Program-made: the position numbers and the translations under genes
Virus record (IMG/VR): IMGVR_UViG_3300037507_005588
Span: 1 to 64,000 of that record
Length of the DNA stretch: 64,000 nt
From: a virus
Reading direction: 5' to 3' (one strand)
Notes under the pieces: generated by a model
The model's database searches: none
What the model was told of the DNA's origin: nothing
What the model saw: only the letters and a program-made list of their open reading frames with translations
Shown: in pieces, positions 1-10,174 of the stretch
Position numbering within the stretch: the first letter of the stretch is position 1
Layout: each line of letters starts with the position of its first letter

Positions 1-846
1 ATGGACCAATCTCTAAAGAAAATTCTCCACAAAATATGGGATAAGTATCAAGTTTACGATGAGAAACTTATCCGTAAATTTTTGACAGGGTTCAAGGAAC
101 TTGACTCTATTGAATTGAGAAATGAATTCCGTAATTGGTTCGGAGGTGACGACGCTGTTTTTAACAAAGTGGAGGAGTTTTTGTCCAAACCTAAACATGC
201 TCGTGTTGGTGGATATGACTTTGATTACAAACCAATAATTTGGGATATAAATGTATCTAAAAACCGTGACATGTGGGTAGAGTTGGATAGTAGTGTTGTG
301 GATGCTAATGGGAAGGTTACTTTGGATGGTTATGATGGAAATACCTACGACATCGGTGAGGTGATGGATGGTGAGGAATTTTCTGGTGAGGATAATATGG
401 CATGGGAAGTAAACGATGAAATAAATGATATAATCAGATTTCAACTCAAAGACCTTTTGATAAAAAATTTCGGTATTGATTTGGTCTACTATAATAACTT
501 AGTTTATGATGACCAAGCCTTTGAAAAGTCATTAAAAGAATCCATAAGAAGAATATTAAAGGAAGAAACAGAACCCATTTCAAATGATATGGGTGAAAAA
601 TATTACATATCTTGGGATGAAAATTATGGTAAATCTTTTAAGTTAGTTAAAACACCTTATGGTGCACAAAGTGGGGGTAAATGGGAACCTAATTTAGTAT
701 CAATAGTTACACCAGAAAATACAAATGCGTGGTATGAATGGGAAGAGTTATCTGATGAAAAATTAGATATGTGGAAAGAAAATTGGGATAACATCCAAAA
801 AACTTTAGGAAACCATAAGTATAATCAAATAATAAGAAATATGTGA
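1..846 (+). CDS. hypothetical protein with internal LKESIRRILKEE linker (start may lie at window edge)
   Basis: 281-aa ORF; linker shared with the downstream gene. Confidence 0.75.
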   Translation: MDQSLKKILHKIWDKYQVYDEKLIRKFLTGFKELDSIELRNEFRNWFGGDDAVFNKVEEFLSKPKHARVGGYDFDYKPIIWDINVSKNRDMWVELDSSVVDANGKVTLDGYDGNTYDIGEVMDGEEFSGEDNMAWEVNDEINDIIRFQLKDLLIKNFGIDLVYYNNLVYDDQAFEKSLKESIRRILKEETEPISNDMGEKYYISWDENYGKSFKLVKTPYGAQSGGKWEPNLVSIVTPENTNAWYEWEELSDEKLDMWKENWDNIQKTLGNHKYNQIIRNM

Positions 847-1695
847 ATATGAACTTACAAGAAAAAATAAGAAGAATATTAAAGGGGGTGGCAAAGAAGT
901 TATCAAACAAACTTCATTGTGATAGACACGGTTCTTGTGTACATTTTGCCGAATTATTTGTTGAGGAAATCAATAATACTCACCCTGAATTATTAAAAGA
1001 GTTTGAGGTTATTGAGGGATATGTCGATGTTAAGTTTGGTGAAGGAAAACCACAAGAACATACTTGGATTAGATTAAGTGATGATGAGGTTATCGACCCA
1101 ACATTTATGCAGTTTACAAAGTACGATAAGAATGCAAAATACAGTAGAAAAAGGACTAAATCATATACAGGACAAGAATATTATGATGAAGGGGTTATAG
1201 AGTCGTGGTTTTCCAAAAGAAGAGAAGAACAACCTGACACCGTGTTTAAGGGGGGATTAGAAGAATCCATAAGAAGAATATTAAGGGAAGAAACTAAAAT
1301 TCCTTTGGAAGATTTGAATACTGTGATAAAAGATTTAGAGGGTGGGTTTGATGTATTCATTATGAATGGTGATAAAAAGATTGGAGAAATATCTTTTACT
1401 GAAGAAGATAAACCTAATCAGTATACAATTTCGGATGCAACAATTGACGATGAATACAAAGGAAATAGAATATACCCAAAAACGATTATCAACTTATTCA
1501 AAGAAAAGCCAAACATTATTATTAATTCAGTATTTAGAAGTCCTGAGGCTCAAAAAGCGTGGATATACCTGTTAAGTAATTTGCCTCCGAATATAGGGAA
1601 GTCCGTAAAATACTACAAGGATGAAGATACCACATTATTCCAACTGAAATCACGCAATCTTCAAGAATCCATAAGAAGAATTTTAAGGGAAGAAA
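536..1695 (+). repeat. 33-bp dispersed repeat AAGAATCCATAAGAAGAATWTTAARGGAAGAAA encoding ESIRRIL(K/R)EE
   Basis: copies at 536-568, 1261-1293 and 1663-1695 differ by 1-2 nt; partial copy at 859-885. Confidence 0.9.
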
Positions 1696-2114
1696 TCACA
1701 TCAAAAGAAGTTGAAGTACGACCCGAGGTTTTTTATTCGTTTGCAAATTTACCAAACAAGCATTGGATTTCAGATAAAGATATAATGTACCCCGAAGAGT
1801 TTTTTGATGATAAAAATTTTGAGGAATATCAGTTTGATAATTTCTTGGATATGGACCAAATGTTCGGACATAAGAATTCTCCATTTGGAACTAAGGGGTT
1901 GGAGGTTGGAGACCCAAATAGAACCTCAAGGTCTTTTGATAGGTATAATTCTAGATTCGGGCCTGCCATAGTAAGAGTAATACCAAACAAGATTAAAATG
2001 GAAACAACTGAATCTGAATTAACTGAAAGATGTTGGAAAGGATATACTCAAAAAGGTATGAAAACAATGTTTGGAAAACAATATCCTAATTGCGTGAAAA
2101 TCAAAAAGAAATGA
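843..2114 (+). CDS. modular protein: transglutaminase/papain-like domain, GNAT-like domain, unknown domain, C-terminal CWKGY...PNCV motif
   Basis: CVHFAE..EHTWI..IDPT putative Cys-His-Asp triad; IDDEYKGNRI resembles GNAT motif A; domains separated by LxESIRRILREE. Confidence 0.55.
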   Translation: MNMNLQEKIRRILKGVAKKLSNKLHCDRHGSCVHFAELFVEEINNTHPELLKEFEVIEGYVDVKFGEGKPQEHTWIRLSDDEVIDPTFMQFTKYDKNAKYSRKRTKSYTGQEYYDEGVIESWFSKRREEQPDTVFKGGLEESIRRILREETKIPLEDLNTVIKDLEGGFDVFIMNGDKKIGEISFTEEDKPNQYTISDATIDDEYKGNRIYPKTIINLFKEKPNIIINSVFRSPEAQKAWIYLLSNLPPNIGKSVKYYKDEDTTLFQLKSRNLQESIRRILREEITSKEVEVRPEVFYSFANLPNKHWISDKDIMYPEEFFDDKNFEEYQFDNFLDMDQMFGHKNSPFGTKGLEVGDPNRTSRSFDRYNSRFGPAIVRVIPNKIKMETTESELTERCWKGYTQKGMKTMFGKQYPNCVKIKKK

Positions 2115-2908
2115 ACCTACAAGAAAACATACAGAGAATCAGAGAAATGATGGGACTTATCATTGAAGAAAAAGAAATAGAGAAATCATACTCTAAAGTT
2201 ATTTTTAGAAAAGATGGGGACAAAGATATTGGTGCGTGTATTGGTATTGCCCACGGAGGTGAAATTTATTTACCACAAATAATTTTAGATAGAATTAAAA
2301 ATATAGATAATTTACATTTTATTGCTGAAGGTAATGCAGCAAAAAATCCTGAAAATGAGCCAGGTATGATGAAATTTATTAACAAAAACTTTCCTGGATA
2401 TGGAATAGAAAAAAAATCGTGGGACGAAATTACCGAAGATGGAAATAAAGGTGTTGGAAATCCTGATTTTAATGTTGTATATACTTTTATGCAACATGCA
2501 TATAATAACTACATAGATTATTATTCTTATTCTGGAGGAACCATGTTGGATGCGATGGCTCAAACTACAAGACCATCATTTCCACCAAACTCACCATCAG
2601 ACCCAAATGAAAGAAAAGAATGGTTAACATTTCATATGAAAAAGGCGGGATTTTTAGATGAATTAAAACAACCGTATAATAAAGAAAAGTTATTTGAATT
2701 ATTAACCGAAATGGAAGAGTCGGTATATCCCAAAGGTCAACAAGTACCTAACACAGACACATATTTTGGAAAAATGCAACAATTTATAGAGGACGAAAGA
2801 AACCAAACGATTTATGATTTAATGGGAAATGGGGGAGTTTCAATTGCGGGAGAAGGCCATGTTGATGAACTAAAACAACAATTCCCTGAATTAGAATTTA
2901 TTGAATAA
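2111..2908 (+). CDS. hypothetical protein with MNLQENIQRIREMMGL leader
   Basis: ORF; start at 2111 overlaps the upstream stop. Confidence 0.75.
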   Translation: MNLQENIQRIREMMGLIIEEKEIEKSYSKVIFRKDGDKDIGACIGIAHGGEIYLPQIILDRIKNIDNLHFIAEGNAAKNPENEPGMMKFINKNFPGYGIEKKSWDEITEDGNKGVGNPDFNVVYTFMQHAYNNYIDYYSYSGGTMLDAMAQTTRPSFPPNSPSDPNERKEWLTFHMKKAGFLDELKQPYNKEKLFELLTEMEESVYPKGQQVPNTDTYFGKMQQFIEDERNQTIYDLMGNGGVSIAGEGHVDELKQQFPELEFIE

Positions 2909-3510
2909 TGAACTTACAAGAAAACATATCAAGAATCAAAGAAGTGATGGGACTCATTACAGAGGGTCTACACGACACATCATGGGAAAATGTAGATGAG
3001 ATTAGTAATGAACTCGATGAGTATTCTCGCACATTAAAAAACGCTAGAAAACAAGGAAGTGGTTTAAGATTTCCTAAAACAGCAATAAAGTATAATCCAC
3101 TTAGATTCAGACCCTACAGTAGAGAGAAACTCGATATACAAAAAGAGGAACAAACAGAAGGTTTACACGATACATCATGGGAAAATGATGAGGGTGACAA
3201 AATAACCCTTATGGATTTATTAAATGCTACGGAAAATATACCTGTAAAAAAAGTATCAGTAAAAGAACTGATACCACATTTATTATCTTGGGACGGAGAT
3301 GAAGAGGAAATAAAAAAAATTGAAAAATCCGATTTGAAATACCCAATTCTTATTTTTGTTGACGATGATGGAAAATTCATTTCAATTATTGATGGACATC
3401 ATAGAGCTCAGAAAGCCGCAAGACACGGACTTAAAACAATCAAAGCCAAAGAAATTCCGATAAATCAACTACCAAAAAAAATCAAAAAAGTTTTTGGTCA
3501 CATGGTATAA
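2908..3510 (+). CDS. leader-bearing protein with C-terminal ParB/Srx-like domain
   Basis: MNLQENISRIKEVMGL leader; YPILI..IIDGHHR motif. Confidence 0.65.
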   Translation: MNLQENISRIKEVMGLITEGLHDTSWENVDEISNELDEYSRTLKNARKQGSGLRFPKTAIKYNPLRFRPYSREKLDIQKEEQTEGLHDTSWENDEGDKITLMDLLNATENIPVKKVSVKELIPHLLSWDGDEEEIKKIEKSDLKYPILIFVDDDGKFISIIDGHHRAQKAARHGLKTIKAKEIPINQLPKKIKKVFGHMV

Positions 3511-3518
3511 TTACAATT

Positions 3519-3578
3519 ATGAAAATAGTAATATCCGAAAGCCAATACAAGAGGTTGATTGTATCCGAACTCCCATAA
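3519..3578 (+). CDS. 19-aa micro-ORF consisting only of a leader motif (MKIVISESQYKRLIVSELP)
   Basis: read from sequence; resembles the N-termini at 9123 and 29464. Confidence 0.45.
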   Translation: MKIVISESQYKRLIVSELP

Positions 3579-3594
3579 AGGAGGGGTTTTTTAA

Positions 3595-3831
3595 TTAAAT
3601 GGGTGTTGACTTGAACAAAACATCCCTTATGGGAATGCTAATCATTTTAGAAATTTTTCTAACTTCATTTTCAATATCGTAGATTGAATCTTCAAATCCT
3701 TCAATCAGAAAAACTTGAACTGAAATAGTTGAGTTAGAATCCTCAAAAACTTGAATGTGTTTTATTTGTGGATATCTATCCAACAAAATTTTATCTAAAA
3801 TAATTTGTAAACGGTCTATTTGTGGTATCAT
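3595..3831 (-). CDS. hypothetical protein
   Basis: 78-aa ORF filling the gap. Confidence 0.55.
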   Translation of the reverse strand: MIPQIDRLQIILDKILLDRYPQIKHIQVFEDSNSTISVQVFLIEGFEDSIYDIENEVRKISKMISIPIRDVLFKSTPI

Positions 3832-3880
3832 ATTGGTAAATATACGAAAGATAATTGGGTTTCAAAAGTATTTATTGTTT

Positions 3881-4429
3881 ATGAACAAAGAAGTCCTAAA
3901 AAAAGCCGCTGAAAAATTCATCAAGTCGTTTGTTTTGAAGAATAAAGGTATTGAATACAAATTATCTTTCGATGATATAGTAGGATATGACAATATGTTG
4001 GGTATAATTTTGGAGGTAGTCGTAGATTATTATAAATTGGCTACAGATGAAGAGTATTTTAACAATTTAACCGATTTGGAGGAAAATTTGGAAGTTGTGG
4101 GTAAATATTTGGGTCAGGACGTTTTTCATCCCTTTTTATCGTGGAAATATAAGAATGTAAATATGTTCTATGATAGTATGGCTAATGTTCTCAATGAACT
4201 CGAACATCTATTCCAAAATTACTATCAAGATTATGACTACGATGATTATGGGTTCTACTTGGAATTGAAAATGAAAGAAGAGGGTAGTGAAGATTTTGGA
4301 TTAATCTTTGGTTCGGAAAATTATTTGGACATAGACATTGAAGGTGAGGTATTAGAGTTAGTTGAAAAAGAGGATTTACTAAAACAACTCAACGATAAAG
4401 TAGATTTAGAATTTGACTTTGAATCCTGA
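3881..4429 (+). CDS. hypothetical acidic protein
   Basis: ORF; ATG at 3881 follows GTATTTATT. Confidence 0.7.
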   Translation: MNKEVLKKAAEKFIKSFVLKNKGIEYKLSFDDIVGYDNMLGIILEVVVDYYKLATDEEYFNNLTDLEENLEVVGKYLGQDVFHPFLSWKYKNVNMFYDSMANVLNELEHLFQNYYQDYDYDDYGFYLELKMKEEGSEDFGLIFGSENYLDIDIEGEVLELVEKEDLLKQLNDKVDLEFDFES

Positions 4430-5118
4430 TGGAAAATATTTTTGAGAACATATCCAAAATTAAAGGGATGATGAATCTTACTGAAACATCTTCACCAAAC
4501 CAATATTTGTACATGGAATATGCCGTAAAAAAACGTTTGGAAAATTATTTTGGAATAAAATTTAACGTAAGTTATTCGGTTGGTAAAAGTGAGGAACTTA
4601 ACAGACCTGTTTTTGACATAGAGTTACTTGTTGACCCGAAGTTTTACCATTGGTTTTCTGATGACATAAATGCACGAATTTCTCATTTGGCGCACTCACC
4701 AAGAAGACCAATCTTAAAAGCTGTGAGAGTTCTTGGTTTAGAAGAAAAAAATATTGGAGATATTCAAGTTATTAAAGTTGGGGATTCAAAAGAGATGTAC
4801 GAGAAATTTGTAGAAGACTTCAAAAAAGTTTATAATAAATGGAGAGATATGATTATAAACAAGGATTATTCGGTAATTCCTGAAGAAGCGCAACCAAAAA
4901 CGGTACCTCCAAGACTTTTAGATGCCAAAATGATTGAAAATAACAATAAAAAGTTGCTTGACGACAACCTTAAATTGGATTTTGATTCTGATGAATTGAA
5001 ATCTTTCTTTGGAAAACAAGGGTATTTGAGTGGTAAACAATATTTTATTCATATTCTCGTTGCCCAACTTGCAATGCTCGGACTAATAGTGGACACTGTT
5101 CCTATAGATATACAATAA
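4429..5118 (+). CDS. hypothetical protein with IFENISKIKGMMNLTE leader
   Basis: 229-aa ORF. Confidence 0.75.
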   Translation: MENIFENISKIKGMMNLTETSSPNQYLYMEYAVKKRLENYFGIKFNVSYSVGKSEELNRPVFDIELLVDPKFYHWFSDDINARISHLAHSPRRPILKAVRVLGLEEKNIGDIQVIKVGDSKEMYEKFVEDFKKVYNKWRDMIINKDYSVIPEEAQPKTVPPRLLDAKMIENNNKKLLDDNLKLDFDSDELKSFFGKQGYLSGKQYFIHILVAQLAMLGLIVDTVPIDIQ

Positions 5119-5129
5119 TAAAAATTACA

Positions 5130-5137
5130 TATTTATA
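5130..5137 (+). promoter_or_regulatory. TATTTATA putative phage late promoter (representative copy)
   Basis: recurs 3-20 nt upstream of starts: 7041, 9111, 12108, 22516, 28236, 31354, 37437, 37691, 59810, 60505, 61316; minus strand at 15793 and 22045. Confidence 0.65.
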
Positions 5138-5140
5138 ATA

Positions 5141-5410
5141 ATGGGACAGAAATTTGTGATTACCGAACAAGATAGAAAACACGCTCAAGAATTACTTGAG
5201 AAATACATCAAAAATCCGTTTTACACGGCTAAATCTTTTGATATGGGAGACTTATCTGATTTTGACCCGAAAATAGATGAGAGAGCCGCAAAATACACTG
5301 AACAACTATCAGAAACTATACAACAAATTGCTCGTAAAGAAGGTAGATTGGTTGTGAAAAAAATGTTAGAAAATTTACTTAACCAGTATTCAAATAAAAC
5401 GGAGTCATGA
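5141..5410 (+). CDS. hypothetical protein (KFVITE leader)
   Basis: 89-aa ORF. Confidence 0.7.
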   Translation: MGQKFVITEQDRKHAQELLEKYIKNPFYTAKSFDMGDLSDFDPKIDERAAKYTEQLSETIQQIARKEGRLVVKKMLENLLNQYSNKTES

Positions 5411-6159
5411 ACTACTCACCTTATGATAAAATTTTAGCGGCCATAGAATTTTATAAAATGTGGTTGGACGAGAATAAAATTTCGGTTGCACCAAAAACTC
5501 CAATTTCTGTAATTGAATTGAAATATGGAAAAAAACTAAGAGAGGATTTGGGTGTGTCCGAATGGTTTAACTTGGAACGTGTTGGTGATTATATTTTGGA
5601 TAAAAAATTATTTTCGTATGCTCAGATTGTAGACCAAAAGATGCTTTCTGAATTTTCACCAAAATTATTCTCAAAACTCTTACCAGAAATAAATTTGGAT
5701 GGACTAACCGTTAAGTTAATAGAAGATTCTCCACGAAATTTTAGGATTATCTCAGAGTACAATCCTGAAGTTTGGTTCAAAAATAAAGATATTACACAAA
5801 AAGACGTAGATTACATTAAAAATTTGGAAAAAATTGTCACGTCTCGTATTGAAAAATACGTCGGTTTGGAAAGGGGTGAGCCATATCAAGGAAATTTTTA
5901 TAATTGGGGTGGTCATGGCTCATTTTTTTCAAATTTACCAGAATTTGAGAAGTATATCAATAAAGTAGTCAAACCCCAACTTAAATCTGCGGATGATAAA
6001 TCTCAAATACGTGGATTCAAAATAGATTTGACCAAACAGGGTAAACTCAGAATAAAAATAATTTGGGCTTCGGGTTTTCGAAGAAGTGTTACCAAAGAAG
6101 AACTTTTGGACAAACTAATGGAATTAGGATTCAACCCCCAACTTATCGTATTAGATTAA
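5407..6159 (+). CDS. hypothetical protein
   Basis: 250-aa ORF. Confidence 0.75.
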   Translation: MNYSPYDKILAAIEFYKMWLDENKISVAPKTPISVIELKYGKKLREDLGVSEWFNLERVGDYILDKKLFSYAQIVDQKMLSEFSPKLFSKLLPEINLDGLTVKLIEDSPRNFRIISEYNPEVWFKNKDITQKDVDYIKNLEKIVTSRIEKYVGLERGEPYQGNFYNWGGHGSFFSNLPEFEKYINKVVKPQLKSADDKSQIRGFKIDLTKQGKLRIKIIWASGFRRSVTKEELLDKLMELGFNPQLIVLD

Positions 6160-6347
6160 CCTAATAGTTTCCATTTTTTAAGTTTCATTTATATTGAATT
6201 CATGGGAACTGTAAAATTTTTATCAAACAAAATTATTTTGAAAGACGAGGAAGGTAACACTCAATCTTACAACTTGATGAAATTTCCAACAATCAATGTT
6301 GGTACGACTTACATTCAGTGGAAAGGTGAAACTTACTTAAGTCGGGT

Positions 6348-6596
6348 ATGACTTACATCTTAATTTTTTTACTTCAAGTATTTTTCAACATTTTGAAAGT
6401 TCTTGAAATAAGACATGCTGTTCATGGAAAGGTAAAAGAAAGTTTAATCAACTCAGTTCTAATTTCATCAATGACCCTTGCATCATCATATTTCTCTTTG
6501 GATGAATTATTCTCAGGTAATTGGATTGTAATTCTCTTTTTTGTTGGAGGTAGTGTTGTTGGTAAATGGTTAACACTCAGTTTTTTAACAAAGTAA
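6348..6596 (+). CDS. small membrane protein
   Basis: three hydrophobic segments. Confidence 0.6.
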   Translation: MTYILIFLLQVFFNILKVLEIRHAVHGKVKESLINSVLISSMTLASSYFSLDELFSGNWIVILFFVGGSVVGKWLTLSFLTK

Positions 6597-6995
6597 TTAT
6601 TCGAAACTCCTGAAATTATTTTCTTTTTTTTCAGGATGTTTTTTTTCAAATTTTTTCACAAGTTGTCCTGATAACGCGTTGGCTTCATCCTCATTTTTTC
6701 CACCAATGTCAGGTCCTTGTTCTCTGTTCAAAATTTGTATTTGATACTCATGGACCCATTCATGAGCCAAAGTCCTAAGAACGTCTCTTAATATTCTATC
6801 TTTGACCAAAATTTTCAATCTACTATCAGGAGTTCTGGAACCCGTGGTCATATCACCATATCTATTACCCAAAAACTCAACAACAACAGATTCTTTTAGG
6901 GGTAGATTTCTTTGAAGTAATTTAATAAACCTTTCTACAGAGTCGTGTACAGTTTTAATTTTGTTGGCATTCAAATATTTGATAGTAACTTTCAT
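6597..6995 (-). CDS. zincin-like metallopeptidase domain protein
   Basis: LAHEWVH (HExxH) and downstream EDEAN. Confidence 0.65.
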   Translation of the reverse strand: MKVTIKYLNANKIKTVHDSVERFIKLLQRNLPLKESVVVEFLGNRYGDMTTGSRTPDSRLKILVKDRILRDVLRTLAHEWVHEYQIQILNREQGPDIGGKNEDEANALSGQLVKKFEKKHPEKKENNFRSFE

Positions 6996-7066
6996 AAAGA
7001 TAAATACTAACCCATACATGTATTTTTATTTTGTTTTTGATATTTATAATTAAATATTTTTATAAA

Positions 7067-7297
7067 ATGGGACAAAGACTAATCATCTCTGAAGAAGAGA
7101 AAAAAACAATCTTAGGTTTACACTCAGAACCTTCACTTAAAAAAAGACTTTTTGAAGGTCAAGGTGTTGGATTTATGGTTGGTGAGCCTAATGGATTACA
7201 AATCCGAAAAGAAGAACCCACAGAAGCTGTGGAAGATACTATTGAAGATGAGAGTGAAACTGATGTTGAAGTTTCCGAAGAATCGGATTCTGAATAA
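7067..7297 (+). CDS. acidic small protein with RLIISEEEKKTILGLH leader
   Basis: ORF downstream of TATTTATA. Confidence 0.65.
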   Translation: MGQRLIISEEEKKTILGLHSEPSLKKRLFEGQGVGFMVGEPNGLQIRKEEPTEAVEDTIEDESETDVEVSEESDSE

Positions 7298-7316
7298 TAA
7301 TTTTTACTAACAATAC

Positions 7317-7342
7317 AAAACCCCTCCTACGAGGGGTTTTTT
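7317..7342 (+). terminator. intrinsic terminator
   Basis: AAAACCCCTC-CTAC-GAGGGGTTTTTT. Confidence 0.75.
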
Positions 7343-7370
7343 ATTTATTATTTTATTTTACATTTTTGTG

Positions 7371-7874
7371 ATGAGAAACAAAATTCAAGTTTTTGGTTTA
7401 CAGAGGAGTGGGACTAATTTTGTTGAGTGGACACTCAACTATAATTTTTCGAATTTGAATTATCAAACAATTTCTGTGTTGTGTGATATACCATCAGACA
7501 TATGGTTTGGTAGAATGTCGGCACTTAAACACAACTTTCCAAATTTAGATTATTCAGATTATGCCATAGTTATCTATAAAGATTTCAAAAGTTGGATTCA
7601 CTCGATGAAACGTGCAAATTTTCATAAGAAATTGTATGATGTCTCCACCACCATTCAAACTTATGAAATATATATGGAAAGAGCTAAAAGTTTACCCGAA
7701 GATAAAACGATTTTGATTGAGCATAGTGAAGCCACTAAAAATTATTATGAATTTCTGAAACTAATTGCACAAAAATTCGATGTCCAAATGAATGAAGTAT
7801 TAATTCCACCTATGAACAGAATGGCGACGGATGGTGGAATGAGTATGATTGATTTACCTTATAAAATTATATAA
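7371..7874 (+). CDS. sulfotransferase-like protein
   Basis: GLQRSGTNF PAPS-binding-loop-like motif. Confidence 0.6.
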   Translation: MRNKIQVFGLQRSGTNFVEWTLNYNFSNLNYQTISVLCDIPSDIWFGRMSALKHNFPNLDYSDYAIVIYKDFKSWIHSMKRANFHKKLYDVSTTIQTYEIYMERAKSLPEDKTILIEHSEATKNYYEFLKLIAQKFDVQMNEVLIPPMNRMATDGGMSMIDLPYKII

Positions 7875-8376
7875 AAAATGATAGAAAAATGTATTTCGTG
7901 TGGAATAGAAACGGATGAAAACTTGTCAACTGATATTAATTACAGAAATTTTTACGTTGAAGGTTCTGGTCAACTATGTAGACAGTGTTATGAACGTATT
8001 TATGACTACCACAGAGAAAGTGATGATTATGAATCTTGGTAATTTTTGTCAAAAAACACCATAATTCCAAAAATCACTGTAAAAAAACTAGTAATTATCC
8101 ATTTATATAATGGAACTTCAACATTATGTGTAAATAAATGGATGTAAATCAGTAGTAAAAACATGTTTCCATGGAAAAGTACTGCAAAAAGTGGTCTTTT
8201 TTTGATTTTTGACCAATAATTTACTATTTTATCAAGCATTCTACCCAAAAACGGTTTTCTGTACCGATATATTTTCTTAGAAATCTTCATATTTGGTTTT
8301 TTTACCTTTTTGTAGACCTCCCAATTGATTATTGAATGATTTTTTTTCATATACTTAATAATAAACGACAATAATC

Positions 8377-8742
8377 ATGAAAACAACCAAATTATTAATT
8401 TTTTGTTTGTCCATTTTCTTCATTTCATGTGAAAAAGATGAAATTTGTGACACATCTTTCAAATCTTATGATTTATTTGCTAAAGACACCCTTAGTTATG
8501 TTAAAATCACAGACATAAATAAAGATTCGGTATTATATTCAGATTCTAATATAGTTGGACCATTCAAATTGATAGATGATAGTTATTTCAAGATTGTAGG
8601 ACCTAACAAACAAGTAACTTTGAATCTACAATATCGTTTTGTGAATGATACTGTCCATGGAAGATTTGTCGGACTTTGTGTTTTTAGTGATGATTGTCAC
8701 ATTCAATATCATTTACCATTAGATACTATAAAATGGAATTAA
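8377..8742 (+). CDS. putative lipoprotein
   Basis: signal peptide ending FFISC. Confidence 0.6.
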   Translation: MKTTKLLIFCLSIFFISCEKDEICDTSFKSYDLFAKDTLSYVKITDINKDSVLYSDSNIVGPFKLIDDSYFKIVGPNKQVTLNLQYRFVNDTVHGRFVGLCVFSDDCHIQYHLPLDTIKWN

Positions 8743-9110
8743 AGCCCAAACAAGTTGTAGTTTTACGAGACTCCTTAAATAAAAAAATTGAAAATGTTCA
8801 TGAGTTTACCGATTATGACGGTGACCCAAATTATATTTTGTTCTATAAATTGAATTTTGCAACATCGAGGAAGATTCACTTGAATTGCTTTATCAAAGTC
8901 ACTCAATTTTCCATCTATAAACCTGAATTTCTGAATCTTTTACCCAAAAATCAAATTAAGATAAGTCTTGAAAAGAAAGTAATTAAAGATAACGATATTT
9001 TGTTGAAAAAGTTTTTCGGTTTGAGAGGTGATATAATTGATAATTACTATGTTAATTTCAACAAAAGTTCGGTTCAGGAAATTAATAATCATAATAAGTC
9101 ATTAAGATAA
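8733..9110 (+). CDS. hypothetical protein
   Basis: ORF overlapping the upstream stop. Confidence 0.55.
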   Translation: MELKPKQVVVLRDSLNKKIENVHEFTDYDGDPNYILFYKLNFATSRKIHLNCFIKVTQFSIYKPEFLNLLPKNQIKISLEKKVIKDNDILLKKFFGLRGDIIDNYYVNFNKSSVQEINNHNKSLR

Positions 9111-9122
9111 TATTTATAGAAG

Positions 9123-9506
9123 ATGCAAATCCTAATTACAGAAAATCAATTCAAGTCATTGGTCATGGAAGTAGATGAAAAAGACCTACAGAAGGTTTCT
9201 AATTACGTGACTCGTGCAGTTAGGACAAAGTTTCCTGTGGTAGATGAAATTAATATTCTATCATATTTTTCACCCGAACAAATTATAAAATCTTCAAGCC
9301 GAGCACCCTACGTCAGGGTTTACATTTATGTGGAAAATCAATTAGAACGAAGCCATGGTAGGAAGTCACCTTTAGCAAAAGAAATAACAGAACAAGTAAT
9401 ATTCAGTTACATCAAAAATTTACTTGAAAAGTTTTTTGGGTTAAAAATAATGAAAGCAAGTTTTGATTCCGAGAAGTTTGAATATAATGGAGGGGAATGG
9501 TCGTGA
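9123..9506 (+). CDS. hypothetical protein (MQILITENQFK leader)
   Basis: ORF after TATTTATA. Confidence 0.7.
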   Translation: MQILITENQFKSLVMEVDEKDLQKVSNYVTRAVRTKFPVVDEINILSYFSPEQIIKSSSRAPYVRVYIYVENQLERSHGRKSPLAKEITEQVIFSYIKNLLEKFFGLKIMKASFDSEKFEYNGGEWS

Positions 9507-10174
9507 TGAAAAAGGTTAGATTGAACGAATCCGAACTTACAGAGTTGGTTCACCAAATTTTGGAGCGTAAAAATAAACATGTTACCTGTGAGAGATGTGA
9601 TTGGGAATGGGATATAACTGCCGAGGATGAGGACCCATATCTGTGCCATATGTGTGGACACAGAAATCACAAATCAGAAAATAAAGAAGGAGTAGGTACA
9701 TACGACGCACCGGCATTTCAAGTCGAACCTGACCACGTAACATTCAAACATGAATATAACGAAGACATTGTTATTTTAGATGACGACGATGAATCAACGA
9801 AGGACAATAAAAAAGATGAACCAATCAAAATTCTGAAAGCGAAATTAGTTGGTAAACCCTTCCAACTAACTATGGGTGTAGATGACCAAACTACTGTTGA
9901 ATATCAGATAAAAGACCTTGCTCTTGGTAAGAATTATCCGAGTTTTTTTACCCGAAGAGAAGATATGGATGAAAAATATGTTTCAGGTTTAATTGAAATT
10001 CAAAAAGTGTTATATAGAGGACAAGACGTTACCGAACTTGTAAAGAATATTACCAATTCGGGTGGGGCAGTTAAGAACGAAGTTAAAGATAATGTTTGGT
10101 TAAAAGTACAGAAATTAAGTAAGCACTTCGATTTATACCCATCAAAATTTAGAACTTGGTTTAAGATTGATTAA
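9506..10174 (+). CDS. leader-bearing protein with Zn-ribbon
   Basis: MKKVRLNESEL leader; CERC..CHMC. Confidence 0.7.
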   Translation: MKKVRLNESELTELVHQILERKNKHVTCERCDWEWDITAEDEDPYLCHMCGHRNHKSENKEGVGTYDAPAFQVEPDHVTFKHEYNEDIVILDDDDESTKDNKKDEPIKILKAKLVGKPFQLTMGVDDQTTVEYQIKDLALGKNYPSFFTRREDMDEKYVSGLIEIQKVLYRGQDVTELVKNITNSGGAVKNEVKDNVWLKVQKLSKHFDLYPSKFRTWFKID

